Source: Chara braunii
Taxonomy: Eukaryota > Plantae > Charophyceae
NCBI GenBank assembly: GCA_003427395.1
Contig: BFEA01000041.1
Coordinates: forward strand, 2,003,811-2,065,131
Reading direction: 5' to 3'
Length of the DNA stretch: 61,321 nt
Shown here: positions 34,812 through 49,484 of the stretch, piece after piece
Position numbering within the stretch: the stretch's first letter is position 1
Layout of the letters: every line of letters starts with the position of its first letter
Made by a program: the position numbers and the translations under genes
The notes under the pieces: model-generated
The model's input: the letters and a program-made list of their open reading frames with translations, nothing else
What the model was told of the DNA's origin: nothing
Databases searched by the model: none

Positions 34812-37800
34812 TATCGGAGCGAACACCCTTACACGGGTATTTGCTCATGATTTTGCATTCGATAGAGTATCGACGTTGGTCGCCGTGCCAGAGACAGTCT
34901 GGAGTAGAAAGTGAGAAATGTTTGGCATAGCGCCGTGAAGCAACTTCTCAACCATTGAAGGCGAGATTTCTAGGCGATCATACTCAGTGATACGACGCAT
35001 ACGACAACAGGTAAGGGTTAGTAAAAATTAAAAATTTTTGGCTACGAGGGCCGAAGGGTTGGAAGAGAACGAGAAAAGATCGCGCGGGATACGGCGACTA
35101 CGATCTAAATTTCTCAAAGGCTCAGGCGGTACGACAAAAATGAATGAGAACAAGTGACGGGGCGTCGGACCAGCCGGTATGGGAAAGTCGATGAACATGC
35201 CGCCATAAAATATAAAGACGAAATGAAAAATTAATATAACCCCGGCCATGAGGCCGGGTCAGCCAAAAGAAAACACGTTGACGACCATAATAGGTAACGG
35301 CATTCGACGCATTTGTCCTTACTCGTATGTCGTGAGCAAGGTTGAGGCTTCTGCTCAGCCTCCCGTATGTAGAGGAAGTTCCCTCTTGAGTGGCGACTCT
35401 CTGACCACGTGGCCACCGAAACAACCGGTGCTTTCGTCCCTTTGCTGAGGGAGACGTTGTTTCAAGCTCTGATATCGTCCGCACAGGGTCTAGACTCAGG
35501 CTACTTGACCTAGTATCCGCCTATTTACCGGTACCGAGTCCCTAAAAATGTCAACTTTTGTCTTCTTTTGCTCAGCCTCCAGTACCCGATACCTTTACCC
35601 CTACTCAGTGTTGAATAGGTTTACCCGCCGCTTGAGTGATTTCCCTGCCTCAACCCTCGATGTCATGGCCTTAGTCAATTACTGGCCTTCGGGCCTTCAG
35701 ATGAATCAAGTGCCCTTGCGGGTCACACACACACTCAAGCCAACAAGCACTAAGACAGATATGCAGATCGGCGAATATGCATGCACACAGACTTAGAAAA
35801 CAGGTTCAGTTAAGCCCCAAATATCGGACATATATCTGGGTTGCTCCACTTCTATTCGAAGAAGGAGCTAGCTCAATAGGTTTACATCCGCAATATTTTC
35901 GTCCGCGCTCAGGCAATCGGGGCTCAAACCCGCGACCTTCGTACTAGAAATAAGTTACAGGATAGTTCATTAGAAACCAAGTAGAGTGGGCCGACATTTG
36001 GTAGGTTAGGACAGTTAACCATTTGATTTTGTTTAGTTTTTGTTTTTTTTTTATTTTCTCTTTTGAGTTTAATTCATTTGTTTTCACGATTTACTTACCG
36101 CGAGAAAAGTACCTTGATGGATCTACCCACAATATTGGGGCTCTTTCATTCGAATGTTACCAGCAGTAAGTGCCCGCCCCGATTGCTGCCCAGCCGAGCC
36201 TCGCCACGGGCAAAGCATTGTGGTCGAGGGGCGTGGCGTATTCCATAGTAAAGAGGGGAGTAGAGAGAGCGGGGAGTGGCGCAAGGAAAGAGAAAAGTGC
36301 ATGTTAGTTGGCGGGGTTTGATGCGCAGAAGAAGGAGAAAGAAGAGCGTTAGGAGGAAAGAGAAACACGAGACGTGCATGCACAATTGAAAGATCGGAGA
36401 ACGGGCGTAATAGCCAGGGGGGGTCAAGTTGCGCAGGACGATTGCGGGCTTGCGAGAGAAGAAGAAGAAGAAGAAGAAGAAGGGGGGTGGGGTCGCGAAG
36501 TACATCGCACCCGCCTTTCTAAGCTACATCTGACCGAAAACGTGGACCATTTGCGTTATGGGTGATCGAAGAGAAAAAGGACAAGCGAAGAGGAGGAGAG
36601 AAAAGAAGTACGAAGAGAAAAGGGAGGAAGTATCGAGGAAAGGATCGGCGGACTAGAAGAAGGGCAGGAGCATACTCGCAGGAACCCACCTATTGATCAA
36701 GGAAATCATCCTATCAGCTGACAAACAGCTACTCTGAGGGTCGTGGTGATCGACTCTCGTGCGATTATACTAAGGTAAGCCTGTTCTCCTTATTATCATC
36801 CCTTAACTTTTCTTTGCAAGATTATTTGAATCGCTATTAATACATATATATATATATATATATACACATATATGTATATACAAATATATATATATATATA
36901 CATGTATATAGATATATCGCTGTAGGTTGTAGCTAAGTTCACGAAGATGATCGTGTCCAAGGTTTCAGTATGAGAGAAAGGTTTGTCTGTCCAGCTAATG
37001 TATATGTGCGTGAAAATGAGAGAGATCATTTGAAGGATGATGATCGTAAGAAAGAGTAGAAGGAAAGTCACAAATGTAGAATCGATAGTTATAAAAATGA
37101 GGAAGGTGGGATTGCAAGAAAAATGAGTGAGTGACAACTACAAAATGAAGAATGTGGGAGAAGAGCGAACAATTAAATGCTCATAAAAGAGGAAGAGGGA
37201 GGACAAACCTCCCGTTACTTCCTTCGATAGGATGAGCAAAATAGTGTATATCCTCCGCAACAACCTTACGCTACTCTTCGTCGATTGGATGTGGTACATT
37301 GGGTGGCCGACTCACGCTACTTCTGTCAAATAGGATGAGCAAAATCGGACATATCTATTGCTAGATCATGAAAATATACACTACTACGCATATGTATGTG
37401 TGTGTGAGAGAGAGAAAGGGGGAGACAACAGACAAATCTCCAACCCCGCGGCTAATTCAAGCTACTCCATCGTTGGGCTGAGCGAAATCGATTGAATCTA
37501 CCACTAGAACATGGAATTTTACACTATTACACGTGTATGTATATGTGTGTGTGTGTGTGTATGTGAGTGTGAGTGAGAGAAAGAGCAGCTACCCTCGTAC
37601 GCCAGATATACTTGTTCCGCCCGCTCGAGCATTGCTAGGTGCGGGTGGTTGGAGCTGCCTTGATCGTTCACTAGCAAACAAGTTGGCGAGAGAGTTGATG
37701 CGCTCTGTCGTCAAGGACCACCGTTCAGTGACTAAACCCGGTCTACCGAGATTAGGAAGATGGGAAAGATCATGATTGTCCTTCAACAAGACCGGGACTT

Positions 37801-38859
37801 AGTGTCATTAGGCTGATAACTTTGTTCTTAGTGTGTTACTATTAGTATTATTATTATCGTTGTCGATAATATTATTCTTATTATTATTACTATTAGTAGT
37901 AGTAGTAGTAGTAGTAGTAGTCGTAGTAGTAGTATCATTATTATAATGATTTACACAGTCCCGCCTCTGCTACTTATCATATAAAAGGAATGAAGAAGTG
38001 CGGGATGTGTGCTTGCATCCGCTGGCGGTGTCGTGAGGTGGGGGCCGTCATCCGCCCAACTTGTTGGAATGCTCGTCTGTGTAGGCTGCACTTTCGTGGC
38101 AGGGTCGTGTTGTGAAGAGGTTCCGCTGCGTTTAGAATGTAGGTTGCGAAGGCTATTGACCTTTGTCTCTTGGGTTTCACCTGCGTCTGGTTTTGTTGGC
38201 AACAACAAGCGCATGTGGATCCACAGAGGGGTGTTCCTTTTTGCACCCTCATGCACAGTGGGAAGCTTTCGGTCCATCTGAGCATGAAGGGTGCATGGTG
38301 CATTCGTTTTTCTCATGCTTCTAGATGCAGGGACGAGACGGTGCACTTCGCCCTTGATGTGTCGGGCAGATGGTTGCTTCTGTGTGGGGGATCGAGGTTG
38401 ATGAGTGATGCGTGAAACTTACCTGGTATTGGAGGCAAACGACGTTGGCCGAGATCTGCCGTACTTCGGGGAGTTGTTGACGTCATCAATGACATTTTAG
38501 ATTGGCTAGATAGAATCTGCCATTCGTGGCCTGGGCGTTGAGCGCCGGATAGGAGTTCGACTTTGGTTCTTTGTTGATGATAATGAGACTACTCCAACAT
38601 TATCACTTATGAGTTTTTTGTTGTGCTCCTATTTGGTGGAACTTACGATGCAATTCTACTTTTGGTTCGAGATCACGATTGTCTAGTTTCATATGGATGA
38701 TGCTACTTGGTCATCTGGAATTCGTCATTGCTCATATTCCTTGCAATATGAAGTAATAGTAAGGGGGGTGGGGGGAGGCACCATTGCCCCATAATATAAC
38801 CCATCCCAACATCCCCACGTCGGACCAGAAAGTTGGCTTGTATACATTCGTTATGAGAC

Positions 38860-38931
<72 letters not shown>

Positions 38932-41500
38932 CAGTATTGTAAGAAGGAGGAAAAAGAGAAGAGATAGATACACACAGATACATCCCGACACGTACACACC
39001 GTGACGGACAGAAATATGCAGACAGATAAAGACGAACAAATGCAGAAAGACAGGCACACAAGACAAATAGACAAACCGACACTAAGAGACAGAGAAAGAG
39101 CAAGGGGGGGGGAGGTTGCGGTCAAAAATCATGTCTGGTAGCCATAAGTCATATCCCGCGGGCGAGAGTCACAACCCACACAGATGAAGAGCCGTGACTC
39201 ACATATTAAAGCAGCAACACACCAACGAAATTTCACGAAGAGTACCAGGCCTGGACATTTTGAAGCAGGCAGGTCGTGGGCGTGCAGTACCGGGTCCAAA
39301 TCAAGACGAAGGAAAGACAGACAGACAGGCAAGCGCGAGAAAAGAAATAGAAAGGGGTAGGTAATACGTACCTGGGTCTGGCCATGGTCATAAGAACTAC
39401 ATCTGCTTGTACTTCGGTGGTGGCTGCTGACGTCAACAGTCGCTTCACAGTTAGGTTAGACTAGATATTGTGTGGTCGTGGTCTGGGCGTTGAGTGTCAG
39501 TCAGAGGGCCGAACCTGATAATTTGCCCAGGCTGCAGTAGATTGATGGGTAAGGGTGCACCAGATTGTACCAGATTGCCCCAGGTCAACGCTACCTGAGA
39601 AAAGTGGTAGACTTTATTCACACCTACCCTTGACAGACTTTCGGTCTAGACCCCTGACAAGGAAGGCCGTATGGTTCGAAGGACTAATCTAGCACTATGG
39701 ATGTGAGTCTGTGCAAGTATGTGTAGACTATAGGTGTGAATCTGTGTCTGTGTATACAACGCCTATGATAAGTGGGACGCCTGTGTTCTGTGACTGTGTC
39801 CAAACCAGTGTGTTATACCTTAGTTCTGTGACTGTGATAAAGCCTGTGTGTTATATATGTGTGATGCAACTATGCTAAGCTTGTATGATGTATCTATGTT
39901 ATGAGAATGTGCTATGTCTGTGCTATTGTTGTGTCTATGTTATGGCTGTATCTGGGTGCTATGTCTATATTCGGCGATTGTGTCTAAGTTTGTGTGCGAA
40001 ATCTGCACTCCAAGATTGAGCTATGCCTATGTTCTGTGTCTAAGTTATCTCCGTTGTGCTGCGTCTGGGTCTATGCCATGCCTGCGTACATGCTATGCCC
40101 GTGTCAATGCTATCACTAGTACCTGCCTCTTACCGCTAACTAGCAACTAAGACCGCTTCCCACCCTCGCTCAACCTGCGGGACTCCATGCACGAGTCACT
40201 CAGGCGACACTTCCGCATAGTAGCCAGCTAAAATGCGTGTATGACTGTTTTTCTATTTTTACTTTGACTTGGTTCGCTGGCCCAGGCACGGACGTGCATT
40301 GGTCGCCTTTCGCATTGCTGACTGGACTGACCGGCCACTGGACTGAGGACTAACGACTGTGTTGAGCCTGTCCCCAGCACCGCTTTTTGTTGACTGTGTT
40401 ACGCATGCCTCTCTGCACCCACACACTGGTCTAGATGGATGCACGACTTTAAACAAAAGAAAGCAGAAGAATCTTTCACGAAGATTTGCCTAGGACCCTA
40501 CCTACGACAACTAGCCTATGAGCCTAAAATTTGAACCCACTTGACCATGTTATGTACGGGCGAGCAGAAGTACAACCTTTGGGGTGCAAGTCACGGGAGC
40601 GATCTTAGGCACCTACACGTGCTATGTACAAGGGAAAGACCGAGGGATCGGGTATGGGATCTACAAACCGTTGCTGGTGCGGTACAAAGCTTTTCACTAT
40701 GATTACCATGCTTTAATCATGGTCATAATTACTACTGTAAAGACTCGGGGAAAAATGAACAGAAGCAGCGGGAGAACAAAGGGAGACGAGAGAGAGAGAG
40801 AGAGATGATGATGATGATGATGATGTGAGGGCACATACCTGGTATTGGCGATGGCCTGCATTGGTCGACGTCTTCAAGTACCTCGCCGACTGCTGACGTC
40901 GACAGTTGCATTGTCAATTAGTAGGCAGATGTTAGTTGTGTAGGGAGAAGGTTGGGCACGGGGATCCAAGTAGGGGAAAAAGCCTAGATACCTATGATGG
41001 TGGCGGCGATAGCAAACTCTCATTAACATTGGGTTTTCAGCGTTACGATTCTCTATTGGTGTTATATTGGTGCAGTGCTACTTTTTGGACATTGTGATAC
41101 GATCTGGCTTTCAATGTGAGTGTGCAGTCTGAATACTGTCATCTCGCTATTGCTCATTTTTCTTTGCAGTAAAGAGAGAAGAGAGAGAAAAAAGACAGAC
41201 CAACTGACAAACATACACGGACAAAGTGAACAGGTAGACAGACACAAACAAACTGACAGACAACCAGACGTACAAACAGTCGGACATGACAAACGAACAG
41301 ATAACTTGACACAAAACAGACAGAAGTAAGCAAAGGATCAGCCAGACACAGTGTCAGACAGGTAGACGGATACAACCAGACAAATAAACAATCATGAACA
41401 GACAGACGAAACAAACTGACAGATGGACAGACAAATGGAGACAAACAAGTGAACATACAGACGGAGAGACACATTTACAGTGACACGAACAGACAACAGG
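34812..41500 (+). mobile_element. 3' LTR of element B (right end not found; boundary approximate)
   Basis: Starts TATCGGAGCG (mutated TGTCGG) plus the terminal hairpin. The upstream flank is homologous to A 1770-1810, and there is inverted homology to LTR C. Confidence 0.5.
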
Positions 41501-41606
41501 CATACACAGATACTGTGACACACACTTTTGTTATTTTGATAAAGGCGACATGATTCCATATGTGGTGGGACTGCGTGTTTCTAATTCATGTCACAACGAT
41601 ACAAAC

Positions 41607-41667
<61 letters not shown>

Positions 41668-41714
41668 GATAGAGGAAAAAAAACACACTTGAAATGTAGA
41701 GACGAGGAATGTGG

Positions 41715-42580
41715 AGAGAGTCAAAATGTTTCTCAAAGAATAACTAAAGTTCAAGGTACCGATAATATAGCATGGTCTCTTGCAGAAAAAATGAGTTAGT
41801 GTCGAAGAGAGAGAAATAGTTCAGTATTGGGTACCACATTTTTTTGCCAACGGTGTATTAATGTGATTATATGGCCCCAAGTATAGAATCACAACAGAAA
41901 AATTCCCGCGAAAAATGAAAGTTGAAAAAACATCCATAAAAAAAAAATCCTTCATATTTATAAATTATCATTCCAATGTTTGTCCAATTCTAAAATTTCC
42001 AGTTTTATTTGATAAGTCCCCGTCTAAATATGAGTTTTCCCTTCCAACTACATCTATTTGTTCAAGTTGGAATGAAAGTCTGGACGAGTTTATGAAATGT
42101 TTTAATTAAACTTTCATTCTACTACAACAAATATCTTCTAATTTAGATTGTATTAACCTATTTATGACTGGAAATCCTTACTTAGAATGACAGTCCAATT
42201 AAAATATTTCATGAACTCATCCAGACTTTCATTCCATCTCTAGCATGCAGTTCAAATAAGAAGAGATACCCCATTCTTGAAAGGAAAGTTCTCAAGTAAG
42301 ATGAGAAATTTAAAAATTGGAATGACATTTTTTAAGATGGAATAAAAATTTAAAATTTAGAATGTAATTTTACTATAGAACGAATATTTAATTCTGGAAA
42401 AATTTTCTGTTGTGGGGGATATTTAATCACATTAAGGTACAGTTGTCGTAAAAGGGTGACACCTAGTACTCAACTCTTTGTCCCCCAGCCGCACTAATAT
42501 TTTGTTATCGCATGATATCATGCTATACTATTACTATCATAAACTTTCATTATTATTGGAGAAACATGTTAACTCTTTCA
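41715..42580. mobile_element. Foldback / long-TIR non-autonomous DNA element
   Basis: The arms are degenerate reverse complements throughout, e.g. TTAATGTGATT/AATCACATTAA, CACAACAGAAAA/TTTTCTGTTGTG and TGGAATGAAAGTCTGGA/TCCAGACTTTCATTCCA. Confidence 0.75.
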
Positions 42581-45500
42581 AGATATATTATTTTCACACT
42601 TTAAAGTTTTCTGTAACTTTTCCACACTCTATCTTTCTCTATCTCTCTCTCTCTCTCTCCTCGATAAACAAGTTTCACTTTGTTTTCCTTTAGGTCACAG
42701 ATGACCACTTCCAGTCATATGATAATATAAATAGAGAGAAAGGGGGGGGGAGAGAAGGGAATGAACTGCAAAGAAATGAGAAAGTCATACTCGTGTATTT
42801 CATAAGTGCATAAATTTTGACATAACCCTTTATCCTCACTTATTGTCATGGTCATAGCGAGCATGTATATATGATGTCTACTTAAAAAATGTGTACGAGA
42901 GTGTCAGTCCAATCGAAGTGTGTATTAAGTGTTATCCATTAGGGTATGCGGGGAATAGATCGCCTGCATTGTTTTTTTTTTTTTTTACCCACAAACTATG
43001 TTTTTTAAATATTATATAACTTATATTATTCCAATTGAAGTGTGTATTAAGTGTTATCCATTAGGGTATGCGATCACTTATAAAAACAATCAATCGTTAC
43101 TCAAACAATATTAAAGCACTAAAACGTTGTTATGGATAATGACGTTTTTTCTATTTGGACCCATCCTCTCCAACGGCTAAACATAGGTCTCACAATAGAT
43201 CAATAATAGTGAGGCAATAGTATATACGTGTGTTCGAAATTATTAATACATCACAAAAAAGTGTAGATTATGGTCCTCTGTTATCCTCAAAGCATTGCAG
43301 TACCGGCATGTGATAAAACATACAGTCTGTGATGAATACATATTTGCGAAAAGTGTTTTCTTAACTCTATCGGTGTCAGTTCTTACACGCAATACAAGTG
43401 CATATCACATCATATGGGGGGGGACTCAACACATTCAATGCACATTGCAACCTCCGTAGCACCGTGTTCGCGTTCGGATGGGAACCCGAACATAGTCACC
43501 CGAACACGAACTAGCGCCAAAAACTCTCAAAACGATAACATAAAACAAAAAAGTCTCTGAAAACTATGAAAAAATATATGTTATGTAAAACAACGATACT
43601 AGTAAGATTTGTCTTGAAGTCATGTCAAAACTCGTAGTCAGATGTAAGTTAAAAATTAAAAACTAATTTTTAAATTTTTATTTTTTACGAAAAAAATATA
43701 TTTGCCCGAACACGTTGGCGAGCTATTCATACAAACGTGGAGGGATGAAAACACATTTGTCGTGCTACTCTAATTGGAACGAACAAAAGGTATAAAAAAA
43801 CCCAAGTGAGATATGACGTTGCAAACCCCAATACTCTTCTATGTAGATCAACACACGCATGCATTAATATCAATCAGTAACCACCTCATCAGACGTCCAC
43901 CATCATTCCATCATATCTCTATCACAAATTCATCATAATGCTATCACAATTTTATCACTATTTTAACATGATCTTCAATATGAAGTCATGTGATGAATTG
44001 TTGATAAACATAGTATCAACAGATTATCAACAATTTACCAACACAGACTTCAACAATTGAACTGTTGATCAACATAATATAACAGATTATCAACATTTGT
44101 TCAACACAAAGTTCAACTGTTTAACCTGTCACTTCATGTGGACTATATAACTGACAAACATTGGTTTTCGTTACTTCCTATTGAGTATGAAGAATATGTC
44201 AGGATAAACAGTTGATAAACAATTTTTAAATAGTTTAAAATGGGGGAGACTCAAAAAAAAAAAAAACCGATAATTTTTATGTTGTAGCTACTTAGCAGTA
44301 ATGCCCTTGACTATGAAACATTCTTTATAATAAATTTGATTGAGCGGTTCATTCAATGGGGAGTCAAACCAAGAGCGTGGAAACTACGTTCTGTCTAAAC
44401 TTTATAATTGCATTATAATTTTTTTTTTTTTTTTTAAATCCAACAACAAATATTTAGGCGGACCTACGAACCCTGCTTATGGGTTGTATCATTCTGACAT
44501 TTAGGCGAGTTGGAATAAAACTGCTTACCTTACTCTCAAAATTGTAGATTCGGTAAGTGTCACATCAATCGTGGTTGTTGATAATTCCAGTAATTCATTT
44601 GCAAATTGTGAGGCCATGATCATTACCCTTTGGGTGGTCATGACTATTATGACTGATATTAAAAAAAATTTGATGTTCATTTTATTTCTCCCAAGTATTA
44701 CAATCAACTTCGCCATTGACAACTTCGTTGGTAGGGTGAATCTTTTATTAGTTTCGGTTGGAATGGTAGAAGGACAAAGTGGGTAGGGTCCTTATCATCA
44801 CTATGCGTCGTTTATTGGTCAACTGTTATATGACAACGGAATCCATATCCACTGATTTTTCCTCCTCATCCGTCATAGACTTCGTTCGTATGAAGCATCA
44901 ACAAAACTTTATTTATTTTCTTCTGTCCCTTTCAATAGAGAGGCCCCTTTGGAGCCCCCCAAAGTTCACCCCATTGCCACCCCTCTTGTTTGTTTTTTCC
45001 TTTTTTTCTCCATGTCCAATTTTTCTGCTTCCTTCTTCGATTTAGCGGCTCCTGTTGTCGAACGCTTTGTTTCATTCATACCTTCGTTTTTTGCTGAATT
45101 ATATTATTTACCCTTTCTTTCGTGGGTTTTCCCTTTCTCATTTATATCGTTTCGACCACCTCAATAGGATTGGGCTCAACCTTTTGGCTATTTTCTTTGT
45201 TCTGTGATTTGTTGTTGCGGGTAAAGAAAACTCAAAATTCATTAATGAGAGTCAATTTTTATATTAGGACAAAATATGAAAATGAGGATTCCCTTGACTT
45301 TGTCGTGGGCTAAGCAAACGGGTTCACTTCCTTCAGTGAACATTCATACTCCATTTTCAAATGATAGAATCATAGAAGGTTCGACGGGCAAGACACCATG
45401 GAGTTTATGCGGATCTTACTTCAAAGCAATAATCCTCTCGATTAGGGATGCTTGATACTAGACGAGGTCGAATCGAGACCCGTGCTGCCAGTTCAAGGTC

Positions 45501-46756
45501 AGATATGAAGTTGCCTAGTTAAGGGTCTTCGTTTTTCTGTTCCGTATGGTAAACTTTCGCCACGCTACCAAACGTATTTTCAATAGTCGCTTGTAAAGTT
45601 AACATCGACTGCAAGGGAACACAAGAACATCTAATCTAGCATATCTACAAACCTACGTCTTTTAAGATTCTCATTTTTGCAAGTGTCATCCAAGGAAAAA
45701 ACTAAACGTGGTATTCATCTCATCGAGGGTTATTTGATTATTCTTCTTATGAAGCATCCGTTGGATAATCTGAGTGATGCATGGGACAAAGGAAAGTGTT
45801 TTTTTACCTTCACTTCAATAACACCCTCGTTTCACCGAATCAATGATAAAACCTATATCATACCGAGCGTTTTTGTATACCCTAACCAACTTATTTTTCA
45901 AACTTTTTGAGAGGGTTGTTGTTTTTTGTTAATGAACATAATCGTTACTGAAGGTTTCTACAACGAACAAATGTTAATTTCAAAAAATTGTTCATTGACG
46001 TTAAATCAAACAATATCGTCAATTATTTTAGCAACCTATGCATTTAAGCCCGTTAGAAAATTTTCGTCTTTAAAATAAGCTTTGAGTAAAAAAATAATCT
46101 TTCATTTTCCCTCTGCTATGTGAACATGCGTTTGACCAGTTTGAGCGAGTTGGTTTCCCTCTATCTCCAAAGCGATGCTAGAAATTAGTTAGTTTTTACC
46201 TTGATACTTTGATGAATTAATCCTTCATCACAGTGGACTTATTCATGAGTGTCAATTTGAGGATTCCAGTTGAGAAAGTTGTATCTGCCAACTATTACGT
46301 CTCCAATTCGCTATTAGTCCCCAACATGGGGAAGTACCTTTGTTAAACTTGCACGCCTTCGTTAATAAAATTATTATCGGTCAACACATCATAGTGTACC
46401 TTTTACGTGAGCAAATGGGTATTCGAGCGATGGGTTCTTCTTAGGAGCTGCCCGACCTTAAAAGAGGTCGTGAGTGAGTGATGCTGAATAAATCATGACA
46501 TTCCATCCCGAACCACCATAGACAAGCTATGACGGGTGAGCGACTTTACTGCCACCTTGAAAATAACCAAAAGTCACTGTGCGCTCGGGAGAGCCGCTGA
46601 GAGTTGTGTGGCGTGCGCTAAGCAACACGTGGCCGACCTTACCTTCCCCCTCTACTCACCACTTTTTCGACTAAGCTATAAACGTGATTGATGTTAGATA
46701 CGTCCAGAGCACATACCACACTGCAACCAGATACATTCGAAAAAGCGTTGGTATTA

Positions 46757-48112
46757 GGCTTGTACTCCACTGCCGACTCCTCAAATAATTCCTTTTCTTA
46801 GCTTAAGAACGACGCACTTACCGTAATAATTTGTGGGGCTCCATTTGCGGTGTTGGGCGCGCCTATTGACAAAACTCCTGCCACCCTGTGAGAACTTGTC
46901 GGGATGGCATGGTCCACTGACAAAAAACTGGACCTTTCCAAGGCCTAGTAACGGATCTACCGAAGAGGCTGTGTGACAACGGGAATCTGCCATGTACTCA
47001 ATGCAACTGACAGAAAGAAAAAAAAAAAAAAAGCAGGCGGTGTATTTTCCCATGTTACAGCGGATGATTCATTCCCTTCCTACCTCGAACCTGACAATGC
47101 ACTTCGATGCCAATGGAGGCGTTGGGATGCCTGGAGAACACCTTCAGGGGTGGACCCCACTGGGCGGCGGTCGGAAACTGGTATTGGCCACAAAAAACGG
47201 CCGACCGTGGTTGGAAAAAACTTGATGCGTTTTGAAGGGACCCCACCGCAGACCGATAGTTCGGCACTAGGAAAGGCATGGCGTACCCGAATAGGAAACC
47301 GTCGAAGGTTGTTTCCCGAAAAGGCAAGTCGAGCGGGTGCTGTGGACCATGGCCTGGTACCCCACTGCTCTTGGGAATACCGTGCGACACCACGGGAAAG
47401 TACGAAGGTCCGCCACGGCCTCTGGGTACACAAAACGGTCCACGGCGAGGGTGCATGGTCCACGCCATGAAGCCCGCGTCTGGAAACTGATGGACATCCC
47501 CCCCCCCCCTGCTCAACTGGCCGCCTCCGTGGAAAGGGTCTGGAAACTGGTCGGTGTCAAATTTCCAGACCGCGGACCATGTAGAAACGCCCCGTCACCA
47601 TTTCCACAACCTCTTTCCAAGCGCAGTGGGGTCTGGAATTCCTTTCCGGGCCGGCTTTCCACACCGGTTTCCAGACCGAGTGGGGTCTGGAAAACACCCC
47701 GGCGCCCAAACTTTTCCAGGCCGCTGGCCAGTGGGGTCCACACCTCACTCTTGGCTGGACCATCTGCAGGAAGCCCTGGCCTTAGAAAATTCTTGGCCAG
47801 CGATAGCAGAGGAACGCCGCCAACACAGGAGAACTTCAGTTTTCATTCTCAGAAATAAGGGCCAGATCCCACTGGCAAAGAGGATTGGAATGAGTGTCTG
47901 AATCTGGATGTCTTTGTTGCGAGGTGCAGAAAACTGTGATGGATCTGCTTTTCTGCATCTCTGCGTGGAACACGTCCAGATTACAATCGTCCTTGCCAGT
48001 GGGATCTGGCCCTAAGTGGCTAACTTCCCGATAGTGAAGAAATGTGGAAACCGCAGCGGAGCCCACCATTCTCTGAGGAATTGCTCGATGAATAGGCAGT
48101 GGCGCACAACCC
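46757..48112. mobile_element. Non-autonomous PIF/Harbinger-like DNA transposon
   Basis: TTA on both sides; ~36-bp imperfect TIRs (GGCTTGTACTCCACTGCCGACTC... vs GGGTTGTGCGCCACTGCCTATTC...); internal GGGTCTGGAAA repeats. Confidence 0.75.
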
Positions 48113-48115
48113 TTA

Positions 48116-48258
48116 GGGCATACTCACACTAGGCCCCCTCAAAATCGCAAAATCCCAAAATGAGCGGCCAGATCTAGGTAGTCCTTCCTTTATGAGGACT
48201 CGATCTGGCCGCTCATTTTGCGATTTTGAGAGTTTGAGGGCCTAGCTCACGCATGCTC
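48116..48258. mobile_element. Tourist-like palindromic MITE
   Basis: Near-perfect hairpin CTAGGCCC...CAAAATGAGCGGCCAGATC / GATCTGGCCGCTCATTTTG...GGGCCTAG, flanked by TTA and TTG. Confidence 0.65.
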
Positions 48259-49436
48259 TTGGCATAGCGCCACCCCCCATCAAAACGGAAGAAAAAAAGC
48301 GTAAGAGTGCCGAGTTGAGCGCGTTCCCAACAGAAGAAAGTGACAAGCCGCCTCTTATAAACAGTCTCCCTCCCTATAAATAAAAAAAGAAACAGTGGTC
48401 CTCGCTCCCCTGCTCAACGAATGTGCAAAATGAAAACGAGTCTTCCGCTAGAACGTGGAAAGATACACCGCCCACCATTTGATTTTCTTTTTCTTTTTCT
48501 TTGGTATCCGGTCGTTATTATTAGTTATTAGTTATTATTATTTCCTTCGGGGACACTGTTTTTATTTATGAGGCTCCCGCGGACGGTGGATCGCTCAAGT
48601 GCACTAACAGTTGAACGGCCGCCGGCGCCCGTTGGTTGTCTCTCTTTTCTATTTTTATTTTTTATTTTTTAGTTTTTCTGTTTGGGACCGCTGCTGGCCC
48701 CAGGAGGCAACAGTATTTCCCCGCTGCTGCTGGGCACGACGAGACAGAGGCGGGGGGGGAGAGGGGGTTGACAGCGGGGGGTGGGGGCATGGAACCGTGG
48801 AAGCATGGGAACGGGAGCGGGCGGTACCACCATAGCCGATTTTAGGGATGCAGTGGGCAAGTGGCGCCGGTTACATTTCCCGTTTCCGAGTAAATCGGCA
48901 GCGCTGGCGCCGAGCCGTCGCCGTCGGTGGGTGCGCGGGGGGATCTGCTTTCTCCGCCGGGTCGTTGGTGCGTTGTAATAACACCACCACCTCAAGTGAG
49001 GCTGGCAGGCAGAGGGAGAGGGAGGGGGAGGAAAGGGAGGGATGACATTGCATGGCCTGGCCGGGTTGGCCACGTGGAAATCGGTTTTTCTCGGGTTTGC
49101 CGGGGGCAGTGAGTGAATCCGTAGCGCGGGGCGCGCAAGAGAGAGGAGAACGCGGCGGCAAGCAAAAAGATCACTGCTGACGGCGCCTCCCAAATCGAGA
49201 TCGTACTGTAGCACCCCGCGCATTCCAGTGCCTCCCCCTGCGCAGACGCCCCAACCCTGAACCCCCTCCCACCCCCCCCTTCCTCCCCACCCCGGCCCCT
49301 CCTCCCCCCCCACTACAGGGGGCATAACCCCACGGATACGGACGAGTGATGAACAATCCCGCACACGCGCGAAAGCAGACGGACTCACACGTACTCGCGG
49401 CGATCGAGCACAACACACGCACGCACACGCAGTGTC

Positions 49437-49484
<48 letters not shown>

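Noticed and set aside
38417-38426. ACTTACCTGG as U1 snRNA 5' end
   Set aside because: No downstream U1 sequence; it is a minus-strand 5' splice site (CCAG|GTAAGT).
39510-40690. Possible separate LTR fragment inside LTR B
   Set aside because: No convincing termini or TSD could be defined; left unannotated.
46973-47901. Overlapping 100-170 aa ORFs in all frames
   Set aside because: GC-rich interior of a non-autonomous TIR element; no transposase motifs recognised.
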